DNA of 32,000 nucleotides from Candidatus Babelota bacterium (GTDB lineage Bacteria; Babelota; Babeliae; Babelales; Vermiphilaceae): NCBI GenBank assembly GCA_039809905.1, contig JBDHVY010000001.1, positions 90,001 to 122,000 of the forward strand, read 5' to 3'. Shown piece by piece: positions 31,961 to 32,000 of this stretch (position 1 is its first letter; each line of letters starts with the position of its first letter). The notes under the pieces were generated by a model. It saw only the letters and a program-made list of their open reading frames with translations, ran no database searches and was not told where the DNA came from. The position numbers and the translations under genes were made by a program.

Positions 31961-32000
31961 ATGAAGTTTTTTTCAACTATTAGCTCATTACCAGTTATTT
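31961..32000 (+). CDS. Start of an unidentified gene (13 codons before the window ends)
   Basis: ATG at 31961 is preceded by AAAGGA 5 nt upstream. MKFFSTISSLPVI is hydrophobic. Too short to identify. Confidence 0.3.
   Translation, partial: MKFFSTISSLPVI

Noticed and set aside
1-32000. CRISPR arrays, rRNA genes, prophage or defence-system gene sets
   Set aside because: I saw no regularly spaced direct repeats, no rRNA-like conserved stretches, and no nuclease, ATPase or methylase gene combinations typical of defence islands in any frame.

Overview
AT-rich bacterial chromosomal window with purine-rich Shine-Dalgarno sites, hairpin plus T-tract terminators and two bacterial tRNAs. I support about 26 CDS, 2 tRNAs and 1 pseudogene fragment. 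I saw no rRNA, CRISPR array, transposase or integrase. Conserved housekeeping genes (rplU, mutS, uvrA, tRNA-His, tRNA-Pro, a RodA-like SEDS protein, ruvB, yebC, yicC) alternate with about 15 lineage-specific ORFs. Nearly all of those start with a signal-peptide-like N-terminus. Several carry eukaryote-type modules: WD40 propellers, ankyrin repeats, SKP1/BTB-POZ-like domains and a G1 (eqolisin) glutamic peptidase. This profile suggests an obligately host-associated, protist-associated bacterium such as a Dependentiae/TM6-like lineage, but that is inference only because no database search was possible. Main leads: (1) an exported protein family fusing a SKP1-like adaptor domain directly to a WD40 propeller with no F-box, in four paralogs plus a double-POZ relative, which may mimic a host cullin-RING ligase adaptor and receptor in one piece. 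(2) A roughly 1 kb single-gene insertion flanked by the intact yicC 3' end and a displaced, inactivated second copy; the substitutions between the copies are almost all synonymous, implying a xenologous allele and recombination-mediated gene gain. (3) A recurrent oriented GGGG/CCCC hairpin motif with compensatory stem changes upstream of housekeeping genes only. (4) A UvrA that appears to lack most of the insertion domain. (5) A GC-rich structured island at the right end. All homology statements rest on reading translations against remembered family signatures and need profile or structure searches.
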